From Candidatus Heimdallarchaeota archaeon (GTDB taxonomy: Archaea; Asgardarchaeota; Heimdallarchaeia; Hodarchaeales; Hodarchaeaceae), in contig CP070695.1 of assembly GCA_020353515.1 (NCBI GenBank), positions 2,454,966-2,518,965 of the forward strand: a stretch of DNA of 64,000 nt, in the 5' to 3' direction. This document shows positions 19,681 to 29,480 of the stretch, piece by piece. A model generated the notes under the pieces. The model did not search any database, was not told the DNA's origin, and saw only the letters and a list, made by a program, of their open reading frames with translations. The first letter of the stretch is position 1; each line of letters starts with the position of its first letter. The translations under genes and the position numbers were made by a program.

Positions 19681-21351
19681 TTGAAAACTTCCGATAACTC
19701 ATCTGTTCCTCTCACTCATTATATCCGTAAAACTTTTACTAGAGAGAGGCTTAGAAAAAACCTTATTTTCATTGGTATAATTAATTTCGTATGGTTATTC
19801 TTCCGAACAGGATCTAAACCATCAAGAATTACCTATCCATGTCAGCAAGCAGCTATTAACAATCTTTCAATTTCTTTAAGTGCAATCGCTCCACATACCA
19901 TTATAACATCAGTTTTCACAACATTAAAGGCATCTTTGGCTAAAAGTAAGACTATTTTCCTGTTAATACTTATAACTGCAGTGGTTACTGGTGGGCTATT
20001 TCTGAGGTCTCAAACTGAGATTAGTCCTCAAGAAGTCATTCTGTCATTTGAATCTAAGCAGGCCACAGACTTTCCTGCATCTGATATTTACATCGTAAAT
20101 GGCCGAAAAGCAGCCCACTTCCCAGAATTGATTTCCTTAATGAGTTCAAATGATTTATTCTTCTATCAATCGGATGTTGAAGGAGCATTCCAAAATCCCA
20201 AGGGATTAATTAATCAGAACGATGTAATACTTCTGAAGTTCAACTCACAATGGCCAGCACGCGGGGGAACAAATACTGATCTATTAAAAGAGGTTATTCA
20301 AGCAATTATTGACCATCCAGAGGGATTTAAGGGGGAAATAATAGTTGCTGATAATGGTCAGGGGCGTGGACATTTGGATTGGTACTATGCCAATGCAGAA
20401 AACCACTCCCAATCAACCCAAGATGTTGTAGATTTATTTTCTTCTTCTTACAACGTTTCAACTTACGATTGGCAAACTATTAGAGACACCTCTGTTAATG
20501 AGTATTCCGAAGGGGATATTTCGGATGGTTATGTTGTCTATGACACCCCCGATCCTGAAACACAGATCTACGTTTCCTATCCTAAATTTGAAACCGAATT
20601 TGGGACTCATATTAGTTTCAAATATGGGATTTGGAACGGGACAGGATATGAAAAGCAACTCAAAGTGATTAACATGCCTGTTTTGAAATCTCATGAGATC
20701 TATGGAGTTACTGCAGCTACTAAAAATTATATGGGGGTACAAACAGAAATTCTAAATGGGGGATTGGCAAATGGCCATGAATCTGTTGCTACAGGAGGAA
20801 TGGGAACTTTGATGGTTGAATTTGGACTTCCAACTCTGAATATTATTGATGCAATATGGGTAAATGCGAATCCATACCCTTCCACACTTACGGGACCTTA
20901 TACAGGTTATAGTGAGGCAACCAGAGTCAATATCCTTTTAGTAGGAGTAGACCCAATTGCTCTTGACTATTGGGCTGCTAAACATATTCTTATTGAAACT
21001 GCTAAATTAACTGGATTTAATGATACACAGACTCTTGATCCTGATAATGTTCAAAGGTGGGGACTAAATGAAGCATATGGAGTTTGGTTAAATCTAACAA
21101 AAGAAGAAATAAGAAGAGGAGGATATAATGTGACAACCAACGAAGATTGTATGAATATCTTTGTACACGAAGATTATTCACTAATTAGTTCTTCAATGAG
21201 TTCCTCTAGTTCTCAAATATCAACAAATTCTTCTACGACAAGTAAAACAAGCCCTCCAAATCAAACTACAGGATTTGGGATAGTCGCTCTGATTTCAAGT
21301 TTAATAGTGTTCACAGCTTTAGTTTTCAGACGAAAAAGAAACAGTTCATAA
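19681..21351 (+). CDS. DUF362-domain exported protein with C-terminal anchor
   Basis: KPSRITYPCQ leader, LKFNSQW, NMPVLKSH, GVTAATKNYMG, DPIALD. Ends in an S/T linker, TGFG, a TM helix and RRKR. Confidence 0.8.
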   Translation: MKTSDNSSVPLTHYIRKTFTRERLRKNLIFIGIINFVWLFFRTGSKPSRITYPCQQAAINNLSISLSAIAPHTIITSVFTTLKASLAKSKTIFLLILITAVVTGGLFLRSQTEISPQEVILSFESKQATDFPASDIYIVNGRKAAHFPELISLMSSNDLFFYQSDVEGAFQNPKGLINQNDVILLKFNSQWPARGGTNTDLLKEVIQAIIDHPEGFKGEIIVADNGQGRGHLDWYYANAENHSQSTQDVVDLFSSSYNVSTYDWQTIRDTSVNEYSEGDISDGYVVYDTPDPETQIYVSYPKFETEFGTHISFKYGIWNGTGYEKQLKVINMPVLKSHEIYGVTAATKNYMGVQTEILNGGLANGHESVATGGMGTLMVEFGLPTLNIIDAIWVNANPYPSTLTGPYTGYSEATRVNILLVGVDPIALDYWAAKHILIETAKLTGFNDTQTLDPDNVQRWGLNEAYGVWLNLTKEEIRRGGYNVTTNEDCMNIFVHEDYSLISSSMSSSSSQISTNSSTTSKTSPPNQTTGFGIVALISSLIVFTALVFRRKRNSS

Positions 21352-22224
21352 TACAGTAGAGATTATTTCTTCTCCGTGATTTATTACTGCTGATAGATGA
21401 CCTTCGTTCTGAAAGATCTTTGCTGTAGCCTTAGGAATCATATCGGTAAAGGGGTGGACAAAAAGACTGTTAGGATCTTGATCACCTGCACAGACAAATA
21501 TTTTGATATTTGAAGAAAGATCTTGTAAGTTGAAGCCCCAAGAGCTTGCAAAGATTTTGTATTCCTGAATTATTCCCCGAGTTCCTTGTTTCATCCCTTC
21601 AACACCACATTCATAAAATTTGGGAAAAAAATCTGTTTCTACTATCAGCTTCCTGTCTGCTTCTGGAAGGTTACTGTTTCTTAGAGTCATTTTTTGGAAA
21701 ATATCCATTGATTTCATTCCACGTAGCTGTAACCGCATGATTGGTTTAAAGACCCAAGACATGGAACGAGCTAAGAAAAAAGTTGTCCGAAAAGCTCTTG
21801 GATACTTCTTCCACGCTTCTTTCAGATCAATGGAACCAGTACTACTTATCATTCCACAACCCGTTATTCGTTCAGGTATGCTATAAGCGCATGCAGCTAC
21901 GTGCGGTCCTCCTCCTGAAACACCTGCAATCGCAAATTTGTCTATTCCTAGATGATCTGCTAATTCTTTGACATCCGATGGCCAATCGAGAAGCACCCTA
22001 TTCCTTTGAAATGAAGATAATCCAATTCCAGGACGGTCAGGGGCAATAACATGAATGTTATGCTGATTAACAATTGTTTCGATAAATTGGATTTCAAGTC
22101 TCGAACTACCTCCACCATGAAACCAAAATAATGTTTGATTACCCTGATTTCCTACTTCAGCATATCCTAAGATTCGACCATCCTTTAAAGTGATTGTTTG
22201 GGATAAATTTTCTTTAGAGACCAT
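21346..22224 (-). CDS. Alpha/beta hydrolase
   Basis: FHGGGSSR, PDRPGIGLS, nucleophile elbow GVSGGG, EGH. Confidence 0.92.
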   Translation of the reverse strand: MVSKENLSQTITLKDGRILGYAEVGNQGNQTLFWFHGGGSSRLEIQFIETIVNQHNIHVIAPDRPGIGLSSFQRNRVLLDWPSDVKELADHLGIDKFAIAGVSGGGPHVAACAYSIPERITGCGMISSTGSIDLKEAWKKYPRAFRTTFFLARSMSWVFKPIMRLQLRGMKSMDIFQKMTLRNSNLPEADRKLIVETDFFPKFYECGVEGMKQGTRGIIQEYKIFASSWGFNLQDLSSNIKIFVCAGDQDPNSLFVHPFTDMIPKATAKIFQNEGHLSAVINHGEEIISTVL

Positions 22225-22277
22225 TTGAGTTTCCTTCTACCTCTTAGAATCCACCTAAGACCAGTTTTGTCAATATT

Positions 22278-22979
22278 CTATAAAGTCAATGTTAGATCCA
22301 ATATATTTTTACCTACGATTGGAATGACTGCAACTGGTTGATAATCAACTTCTGTGAGTGAGGGGAGTCCAAAAACACCAGTTTTAACAAGAATTATTCT
22401 TACTCCTGATCGTTTAGCAGCCAATAAATCGACTATGGTATCTCCTACAAAGACCACTTCATCAATTGAGACCCCTAATTTCTTAATTGCATAATATATT
22501 GGTATTGGAGACGGTTTCCAATATCCAATGCTTTTTGAATCTACTAGAACATCAAAATAGTGTAAAAATGGGGCAAATCTCTTTCGTAAAAGGCGAGGTG
22601 ATCCATTGGAAACAATAGCTAGTTTAAATCCTCTTTGTTTTAATTTCTGTAATGTTTCTGGCACTTTGGGGAACACATGGATCTCTTGATCCCACTTGAG
22701 AAACTGCCATGTGATACGCAGTAATCCCTGAAGTAGTCTTACCCATGAGATTCTAAAGTCTGCTTTTATTCCTCTGAAGAGCTGAAAACTGAACCAAGAA
22801 TGTTTGTACCACCCACCATTTCGTCTTAAATTGTAAAAAGTGCCTAAGCGTTTAAGGTACTTTTTAACCTTCCTTCGGGTTGGGATCTCCATAAATTCTT
22901 GTGCGATTAACTGGGGAAACAGGCGTAAGGTATTAACAAGTGTCCCATCAAGATCAAAGAGTATTGCTTTGAGTGCCAA
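22278..22979 (-). CDS. HAD-superfamily hydrolase (phosphoglycolate phosphatase-like)
   Basis: FDLDGTL, VSN, KPSP, VGDT. Confidence 0.92.
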   Translation of the reverse strand: MALKAILFDLDGTLVNTLRLFPQLIAQEFMEIPTRRKVKKYLKRLGTFYNLRRNGGWYKHSWFSFQLFRGIKADFRISWVRLLQGLLRITWQFLKWDQEIHVFPKVPETLQKLKQRGFKLAIVSNGSPRLLRKRFAPFLHYFDVLVDSKSIGYWKPSPIPIYYAIKKLGVSIDEVVFVGDTIVDLLAAKRSGVRIILVKTGVFGLPSLTEVDYQPVAVIPIVGKNILDLTLTL

Positions 22980-22982
22980 ACT

Positions 22983-23492
22983 TTATGTATCCTTTCTCCT
23001 AAACACTCGCCAAATACCTATTACTAGATTTTATCGAGGTATCCTTTCCATATATTGTTTATACTCCTCTCCAAATTTCTCAAGGGTGAGCTTTTCTTCC
23101 TTTATCATGAAATAATAACAACATAAACCCAGTGTAGCTCCAAAAAATAAACTTAGGGGATGTTGAGAGATTAATGCAAATCCTATGAACACATAGGCAA
23201 GACTGAGATAGATTGGGTGCCGAATAATCCCATAGATACCTTTGTCTACTAGTTTAGTTGTTACAAAACCCTTAGCTTTTTCCATCCCACCTTCTGTCTT
23301 CAGAATATTGGAAGAAAGAAATAAAACCGCTGATAGAATTAAAGAAATCATTCCTAGATACAGAAGTATATCGAGATTAGCCCAGTTACCATAGAAGAAT
23401 AGTATCAATAACTGTACAACCACTCCTATTAACATATAAAATGAAATAATCTTATCTTTACCAGTCATCTGGTAAAGTCTTGTTTCATTCAA
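22983..23492 (-). CDS. ICMT/PEMT-family membrane methyltransferase, with in-frame TAA near the C-terminus
   Basis: GIYGIIRHPIY and EE..LEKFGEEYKQYMERIPR. After TAA (23031-23033) the frame continues NLVIGIWRVFRRKDT to a TAA at 22983. Confidence 0.8.
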
Positions 23493-23495
23493 TTA

Positions 23496-23825
23496 CTATT
23501 CCTCGCTGGATTCCTCCACGTAAGTGAGATATTTTATTGAGATCTGGTGTTTTTGGGAATAGTTAATTCCATCTCTTGATTCCTCAGCTAGGATTCGAAG
23601 ATTTCCAGGAACTTTAGAAAGTTTGATTAACGGAACATGTAATTCTACATAATGGTGTTCAGAAGTACCTAGGTATTGACCACGAACATTTCCTAAATCA
23701 TCAATCAAACGAACTTTGTATCGTTTAGACCCGTCTTCCAATATTAGACGAATATAAAAAGGAATAGGAACAGTAAATTCGGAGAATTCATCGCCCTCAT
23801 CGTCAACTACAACAATCTTTGGCAT
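23496..23825 (-). CDS. Hypothetical beta-rich protein
   Basis: 109-aa ORF tightly packed in the minus-strand gene run. Confidence 0.65.
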   Translation of the reverse strand: MPKIVVVDDEGDEFSEFTVPIPFYIRLILEDGSKRYKVRLIDDLGNVRGQYLGTSEHHYVELHVPLIKLSKVPGNLRILAEESRDGINYSQKHQISIKYLTYVEESSEE

Positions 23826-23851
23826 GGCTCTTAACCTTTCAATTTCGAGTA

Positions 23852-24955
23852 TTAAAATTCCTTATATTGTTTAAACTCCTCTAATTCTCTCTGCAATCGC
23901 ATTTTTCTCTCTATTTCCTCTTCTGTGGGATAAGGGGTTTCAGCCCAGAGATCTACCTCTGGTAGTCCTAAATTTTTCCGAACACGTTTTTCCAACGAAC
24001 CAAATCCAACACGAGAAGCCATGAATTTAATAAATTTAAACTTTACTTTAGAAGGAAACCGTTCCCATTCTTTAGCAAACCCCCCATCTTCGATATGACG
24101 AAGAACACCTTTTTGAATGTGTAATACTTCTTCTATTATTTCTTTATACCTCATTCCTCGGCTTAGAAGTCCATATTGTGATCTTTCGTCTAATAATCCA
24201 ACTTGATTAACTATTCCAAGATCCATCATATTCATAAAAGAGTGTTTCATGTTACCTGAAAGAATCAATTCGACCAGTACTGCTTCTTCGGGGTAACCAG
24301 CTTCAACGAGTAATTCTATGGGCTTCATCATAATCTGACTACTTGCGGGTCCAAATCCTTGTTCAGTGAACAGGTCAAGAATTGTCTCCTGTTCAAATGA
24401 TATTTCGATTCCAGCTTTGCTTAAACCACCCACAGCTTTGCTTAAGGCCAATAATTTGTCTTTAGCTTTCCCAGAAGCATCCTGATGAACCCCAATGAAA
24501 CTAAAATATCCCTCACCGTTTAAAATACATTCTCTTACTCCTATACCGATCATTCTTGGAGCTATCAATAATACATCGATATTAGAGGGGGGTATAATCA
24601 ATCCAAATGCAATATTATACCCGTGAGCGAAGATGATAACAGAATGTTCCCTTAAAAAAGGTTTCACTTGTTTGGTGAACACATCTTTCTGCACTTCATC
24701 TGGAACTAGGAGAAAAAGAGCGTCTGCTTGTTTAACTGCTTCAGAAATGTCAAATGTTGGAAATCCATCTTTCTGCGCTCTTACTCGATATTCATCATCA
24801 CGATTCCCTATGATGACATTAACACCAGCATCCCGTATATTTAATGCTTGTGAACGGCCTTGATTACCATATCCACAAATAGCTACAGTTATCCCCTTTA
24901 GAACAGTTAAATCCCCATCATCCTCATTGTATAATGTAACACCCATTCTTTTCAT
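23852..24955 (-). CDS. ilvC: Ketol-acid reductoisomerase-like protein, paralog A
   Basis: GYGNQG Rossmann, LLVPDE, FAHG, APRMIG, ETILDLFTEQ, GYPEE, SQYG. Confidence 0.85.
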   Translation of the reverse strand: MKRMGVTLYNEDDGDLTVLKGITVAICGYGNQGRSQALNIRDAGVNVIIGNRDDEYRVRAQKDGFPTFDISEAVKQADALFLLVPDEVQKDVFTKQVKPFLREHSVIIFAHGYNIAFGLIIPPSNIDVLLIAPRMIGIGVRECILNGEGYFSFIGVHQDASGKAKDKLLALSKAVGGLSKAGIEISFEQETILDLFTEQGFGPASSQIMMKPIELLVEAGYPEEAVLVELILSGNMKHSFMNMMDLGIVNQVGLLDERSQYGLLSRGMRYKEIIEEVLHIQKGVLRHIEDGGFAKEWERFPSKVKFKFIKFMASRVGFGSLEKRVRKNLGLPEVDLWAETPYPTEEEIERKMRLQRELEEFKQYKEF

Positions 24956-24961
24956 TTCCTG

Positions 24962-26065
24962 TCATAACCCATCATAGAAAGCTCTTATATTATCGATTTC
25001 TTTTTTGAGCTGGGGATATTGATTGATTTTATCGTCTGGGGGAAAATCTGGTTCTTTTTCTATACTCAATTTCTTGAAATTTAAATTATCACGAACCTGT
25101 TGCTCAAGAGCAGCGAACTTAGTATTCCCTTCGAAATACCTCATAATTTGGAGCTTCAGTTTACTCTCAAATGTTTCCCATTCTTTTACAAACTGCCCAT
25201 TCTCAATTTCATGCAGGATTACTCGTTGGATCTCTTCAACTTTTTTCGCAACACCTCGAAATTTCACTCCACGAGACATTTGCCCATATTGAGAGGTCTG
25301 GGAATGATAATTCATCTGTTTTATCATTCCTACATCAATTATCTTATCAACTGTGAAGCGTCCTTCTCCTGAAAGAATCAATTCAACAAAGATGGCTTCA
25401 GGGGGATACCCATCTTCTATTAATCGCAGTATTGATCTCAGGAGTACTTGCGTAAGCGCATACGAAAACGTTTGAGATGCAAATAAGCTTAATACTGCTT
25501 GATGTTTGAATGTAACCTCAATAGCTGGTCTAGTATCAGTCAATCCTCCAATCGCCTTAGTTAGAGCTAAAAGATTTTGCTTAGCATTCCCCGAAAAATC
25601 TTGATGAATACCAATAAAGGAAAAAAAACCTTTATTTTGAATGAAACTTTCTCTAATAGCAATACCAGGAACACGAGGAGAGAGGAGTAACACATCATTT
25701 TTTTCAGGAAGTGTGACTAAATTAAAAGCAACAGTATATCCACTAGCAAAGACAATTGTCTGATTCTCTTTCAAACTTGGATTTATTGTTTCGCTAACAA
25801 TTCTTACCATATCTTCATCTGATACAAGTAAAAGAATAAAATCAGAATGTTCGACAGCTTTTGGTATGTTAAAGATAGGAAAATCATCTTTTTGAGCTCG
25901 TTGCTTGTATTTTTCTTTTTCTAGTCCTAATATGACCTTAATACCTGAATCTCGTAAATTTAACGCTTGGGCACGGGCTTGGTTTCCATAACCGATTATT
26001 GCTACCGTTTTCTCTTGTAAATTGGAGACCTCACCATCTTGAGTGAAATAAATCTGAGTAGACAT
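24962..26065 (-). CDS. ilvC: Ketol-acid reductoisomerase-like protein, paralog B
   Basis: GYGNQA, SPRVPG, GYPPEAIFVELILSGE, HSQTSQYG. The DLFxEQ motif is degenerate (SLFASQ). Confidence 0.8.
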   Translation of the reverse strand: MSTQIYFTQDGEVSNLQEKTVAIIGYGNQARAQALNLRDSGIKVILGLEKEKYKQRAQKDDFPIFNIPKAVEHSDFILLLVSDEDMVRIVSETINPSLKENQTIVFASGYTVAFNLVTLPEKNDVLLLSPRVPGIAIRESFIQNKGFFSFIGIHQDFSGNAKQNLLALTKAIGGLTDTRPAIEVTFKHQAVLSLFASQTFSYALTQVLLRSILRLIEDGYPPEAIFVELILSGEGRFTVDKIIDVGMIKQMNYHSQTSQYGQMSRGVKFRGVAKKVEEIQRVILHEIENGQFVKEWETFESKLKLQIMRYFEGNTKFAALEQQVRDNLNFKKLSIEKEPDFPPDDKINQYPQLKKEIDNIRAFYDGL

Positions 26066-26079
26066 TGAGAATCAGCCTT

Positions 26080-27516
26080 TCAGATGATGTAAAAAGCTTT
26101 AAGCAAAAAGAAACCATAGAAGACTATTGAGATGCAAATTACTATCACCTCGAAAATAGAAAATCTATATTCTTTCGGTAGGATTTGATAATTGACAGCG
26201 AGAAGCCCAATTGAGAAGATGACACCACCAATATTTGCTAATGATCCTGCGAGTAAAACCATAGTAACAGGAGGAGTCCCAATTATTATTACGATCAACC
26301 AAATCACAACGAATATTCCAAGAATTCCATAATAAATAGGCCTTACATCTCCTTTAAACCTATCATGAAGACTCGGAAAAGTATTCCAGATGATATTAGC
26401 AAATTGACGCATAATGCCATCGATAACTCCCGTCCCATCAGCAAAAAACACTAAAGCGAACATGATGAGAATTAAAGGCCAAGCAAATGCAATCATCAAA
26501 CCTAAATTTTGAGCTAACACAGAGGTGAATCCAAAAATGTTTTCAGTAGCAGCTCCAGTGGGCACAAAATAATAATACAACGTACAGGGAAACACCATTG
26601 TGATAAGACTTCCGAAGAAGAAAATAGGCACCAATTCTAACAAGATAAACTTGTACCATTTTTTTGCACGCTGCTGATTCTCTTCATTTACTTTAGGCAT
26701 GTAGCCTTTCACCAAGAATTCAACTTTCTCTCCACCGAGAGCGCCTGGAATGTGACCCAGTCTTTTAGCCATTCCCCAACCTGTATCACGATAGTATGCT
26801 GAAATACTCATTCCAGCACTTGCAGCTAATCCCGCAAATCCTGCCACAGCACCTAATGCTAACCAATCAGCACCTTCAGGTAAATAACCAAAATGGAAAA
26901 AACCAGAAAAAACCTCAACTATCGTAGTAACAGGCACCGTCAGAAGGGTTATTATAATTAACAAGGGGATTATAATTAGGAAATGGATAATGAAGAACAT
27001 CAGACCAAGAGTTTTCATCACCTTTTTCCCTAAGAAAAGAGGTAGAAGAATAATCACAAGAGCAATAATGGTAAAAATAACCCACAAAAATTGTTGATCA
27101 GATGTCGGTACATCATTAATCATAATAGCGACAAATGTTACTCCGAGTAGGGCAGGGTAGTATGGTAGTATAGCTGAAAGCGTTCCAAGAACGATCCAAA
27201 CAGCAGTCCATGCTTTTTTACTAAACCACAAGCGATTTAAGCCAATTTGAAACGGTTCCCCAGTTAAAATAGTATATTTTGACGCACTTATTGCTGTGAC
27301 TGTCTGAAGGAAAATACTAATGAGAGCAACCCAGAGAATCAAAGGCCCATGCTTTACAATTAAATATGGACCGGATACAAGTTCCCCAGTTCCTAATCCC
27401 AGTCCCAAAGCAATGATCCCAGGGCCAATGAGGAATTTCAAATAATCCCTCCAACTTTTCACCTCAAATGGCTCAGGAATATCCTCTATTCCAGTGAATT
27501 CTTTGTCTGTAACCAT
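26080..27516 (-). CDS. Nramp-like/APC-superfamily secondary transporter
   Basis: GPGIIALGLGLGTGEL..P N-terminal motif, KYTILTGEP, about 11 TMs. Confidence 0.8.
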   Translation of the reverse strand: MVTDKEFTGIEDIPEPFEVKSWRDYLKFLIGPGIIALGLGLGTGELVSGPYLIVKHGPLILWVALISIFLQTVTAISASKYTILTGEPFQIGLNRLWFSKKAWTAVWIVLGTLSAILPYYPALLGVTFVAIMINDVPTSDQQFLWVIFTIIALVIILLPLFLGKKVMKTLGLMFFIIHFLIIIPLLIIITLLTVPVTTIVEVFSGFFHFGYLPEGADWLALGAVAGFAGLAASAGMSISAYYRDTGWGMAKRLGHIPGALGGEKVEFLVKGYMPKVNEENQQRAKKWYKFILLELVPIFFFGSLITMVFPCTLYYYFVPTGAATENIFGFTSVLAQNLGLMIAFAWPLILIMFALVFFADGTGVIDGIMRQFANIIWNTFPSLHDRFKGDVRPIYYGILGIFVVIWLIVIIIGTPPVTMVLLAGSLANIGGVIFSIGLLAVNYQILPKEYRFSIFEVIVICISIVFYGFFLLKAFYII

Positions 27517-27641
27517 TTTATCACTTCAATGTACCTAAAATCCAGAACACAAAGTTTAGCGAAATCTTTAAACTTTATGAGATTAATCGGATGCAAAATT
27601 CTATTTTTATAAAAGAATAATCATCACAAACTGTATGGGGT

Positions 27642-28442
27642 ATGAAGATGAATAATCATCAGTATTCACCTAAATTTGTTTTACCAGTCGGGTTGGGAAG
27701 TTTAGGTTTTCTAATGATTTTAATTTCTGAATTAATAGTCATTGTCCATGGAACGAAGATAGTTCAGGTTTCTTGGTTAGCTAGTGTGCTTATAATGATT
27801 TCTACTCTTATTATCAGGTTTTACTCAGTTGATCTTGATCAATTTGACCAAATCATTCAGGATACCAACCCAGTTAAGGGAAGTGGTCTTACATCGTTAC
27901 GTTATTTGAACTGGATGACATTGGCAATGGTGATTGGATTTTTTGCGACAGTTACAATCGCTTTTGACTTCATAATCGGCGTATTAGTGTATCTAGTGAT
28001 GCAAATTTGCTTGATTATTTCTTTCACAGGAATTTTTTTAATCAAACCATCTGAACTACTTACTGATTCAAATTTAGGAAACTCATTTATCATGTCTCTG
28101 GTCTTTTGGCTGATAGCTGTTCCAGCGATCTATTTCACATTAATCTATAATGACATTGAATCCCTCATTGTCATACCGTATGTGATTGCTATTGGAACAA
28201 TGGCTTGTATTTCTTGGTTTGGTATTGGATATAATCAGCGTTCCAGAACATTTCGTTGGATGATTGTTGTTGCATCACTCCTATTTGTTTTCTCTGATAC
28301 ATTAATTGGTAATGCAAGATATGGCTCAATTCGTCTTGGACTAACACAATTGATTGATGTCACTTACGTACTCAATATTTTCCTCATGTCTCATGCTACT
28401 CTCTTCCTGAAGGATACTTTGGGGCACACACCTTTTAAATGA
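27642..28442 (+). CDS. YhhN/TMEM86 (lysoplasmalogenase-like) membrane protein
   Basis: Multi-TM with IPYVIAIGTM and LLFVFSDTLIG motif. Confidence 0.7.
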   Translation: MKMNNHQYSPKFVLPVGLGSLGFLMILISELIVIVHGTKIVQVSWLASVLIMISTLIIRFYSVDLDQFDQIIQDTNPVKGSGLTSLRYLNWMTLAMVIGFFATVTIAFDFIIGVLVYLVMQICLIISFTGIFLIKPSELLTDSNLGNSFIMSLVFWLIAVPAIYFTLIYNDIESLIVIPYVIAIGTMACISWFGIGYNQRSRTFRWMIVVASLLFVFSDTLIGNARYGSIRLGLTQLIDVTYVLNIFLMSHATLFLKDTLGHTPFK

Positions 28443-28538
28443 GTATTTACAGCGTTTTTTACGATCAAAAACCTTCAATTGCACAATTGATAAAATTCTT
28501 AATCCAGTTTTAATAATAGGAAGAGGTGAGGTTTAATA

Positions 28539-29438
28539 ATGGTGCCTATTGAGATAAAAGGATTTGACCCAAATCAATTAGAAGAACTCGCAAAAGAACA
28601 AACAGCAATTTACAACGCTGCAATTGCTAAGATACCAGATACTAGTCCTGCAAAAGTCGAAGATACTATTGCTCGCTTCAAGAGAGAGACTTTTGATCAA
28701 AGTCGGATGTTTTATGCTTATGAGGGGGATCGAATGATTGCTTATGCTGGTTTAACAGGTAGGAATGAAGAACAGAACTTACGAGGAGTTGGTTATCCAT
28801 GGCTTAGAGAGAATACTGATGTAAGTGTAAGGGATCTTCTGTATGAAGCAATGGAAAATAAATGCCATGACGAAGGAACCAAGCTTCTACGAGTCTATGG
28901 TTCTCCCAACTTCCCCGAACAGCTAGAATACTTTAAATCTAAAGGATTTGAGGTAATACATGAGTTTCTTGTCCACGAGAAGGTTCTAGAAAAGAATGAT
29001 TACGAATTACCAGCTGGTTACATCTTTCGACCTTTGAAACGGGATGATCTTCCTATACTAGAAGAGGTGTCACGAAATGACCCTAAAATGAAATCTCCTT
29101 TTGTAGCTTCAGATTGGGAACAATTAATGGATTCTAATAATTATAATCCTGATAGTATTGTTGTGGTAGAGAAAAATGGTACAGTAGTAGGATTTTATGC
29201 TTTTTTTATTCCTTCTGACCCCGAAAGGAAGAGAGCTTACTTTGCAGGAGTAGCTGTACTAGGTGACAATCAGGAAATTGAACCTTTCTTATTCAAAGAA
29301 CTCGAAAACAGAGCTCTTGAACAAGGAAAAGAGAAAGTAGACATTACATTCTATCCTGACTCTCCCCGCTTACCTTTGGCCAAGGAACTCGGATTCACGC
29401 AATACAGTCATAGCTACCAATTAGATAAAACACTCTAA
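28539..29438 (+). CDS. Tandem GNAT-fold acetyltransferase
   Basis: Two GNAT-like halves ending YFKSKGF and AKELGF. Confidence 0.75.
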   Translation: MVPIEIKGFDPNQLEELAKEQTAIYNAAIAKIPDTSPAKVEDTIARFKRETFDQSRMFYAYEGDRMIAYAGLTGRNEEQNLRGVGYPWLRENTDVSVRDLLYEAMENKCHDEGTKLLRVYGSPNFPEQLEYFKSKGFEVIHEFLVHEKVLEKNDYELPAGYIFRPLKRDDLPILEEVSRNDPKMKSPFVASDWEQLMDSNNYNPDSIVVVEKNGTVVGFYAFFIPSDPERKRAYFAGVAVLGDNQEIEPFLFKELENRALEQGKEKVDITFYPDSPRLPLAKELGFTQYSHSYQLDKTL

Positions 29439-29480
29439 TATTAATTGAAGGCATTTTTTGGTGATGTCAGGGATTCAACT

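Noticed and set aside
22983-23492. ICMT-like enzyme acting on the Rab-like GTPases
   Set aside because: Neither GTPase has a C-terminal Cys motif, and the family is widespread in prokaryotes.
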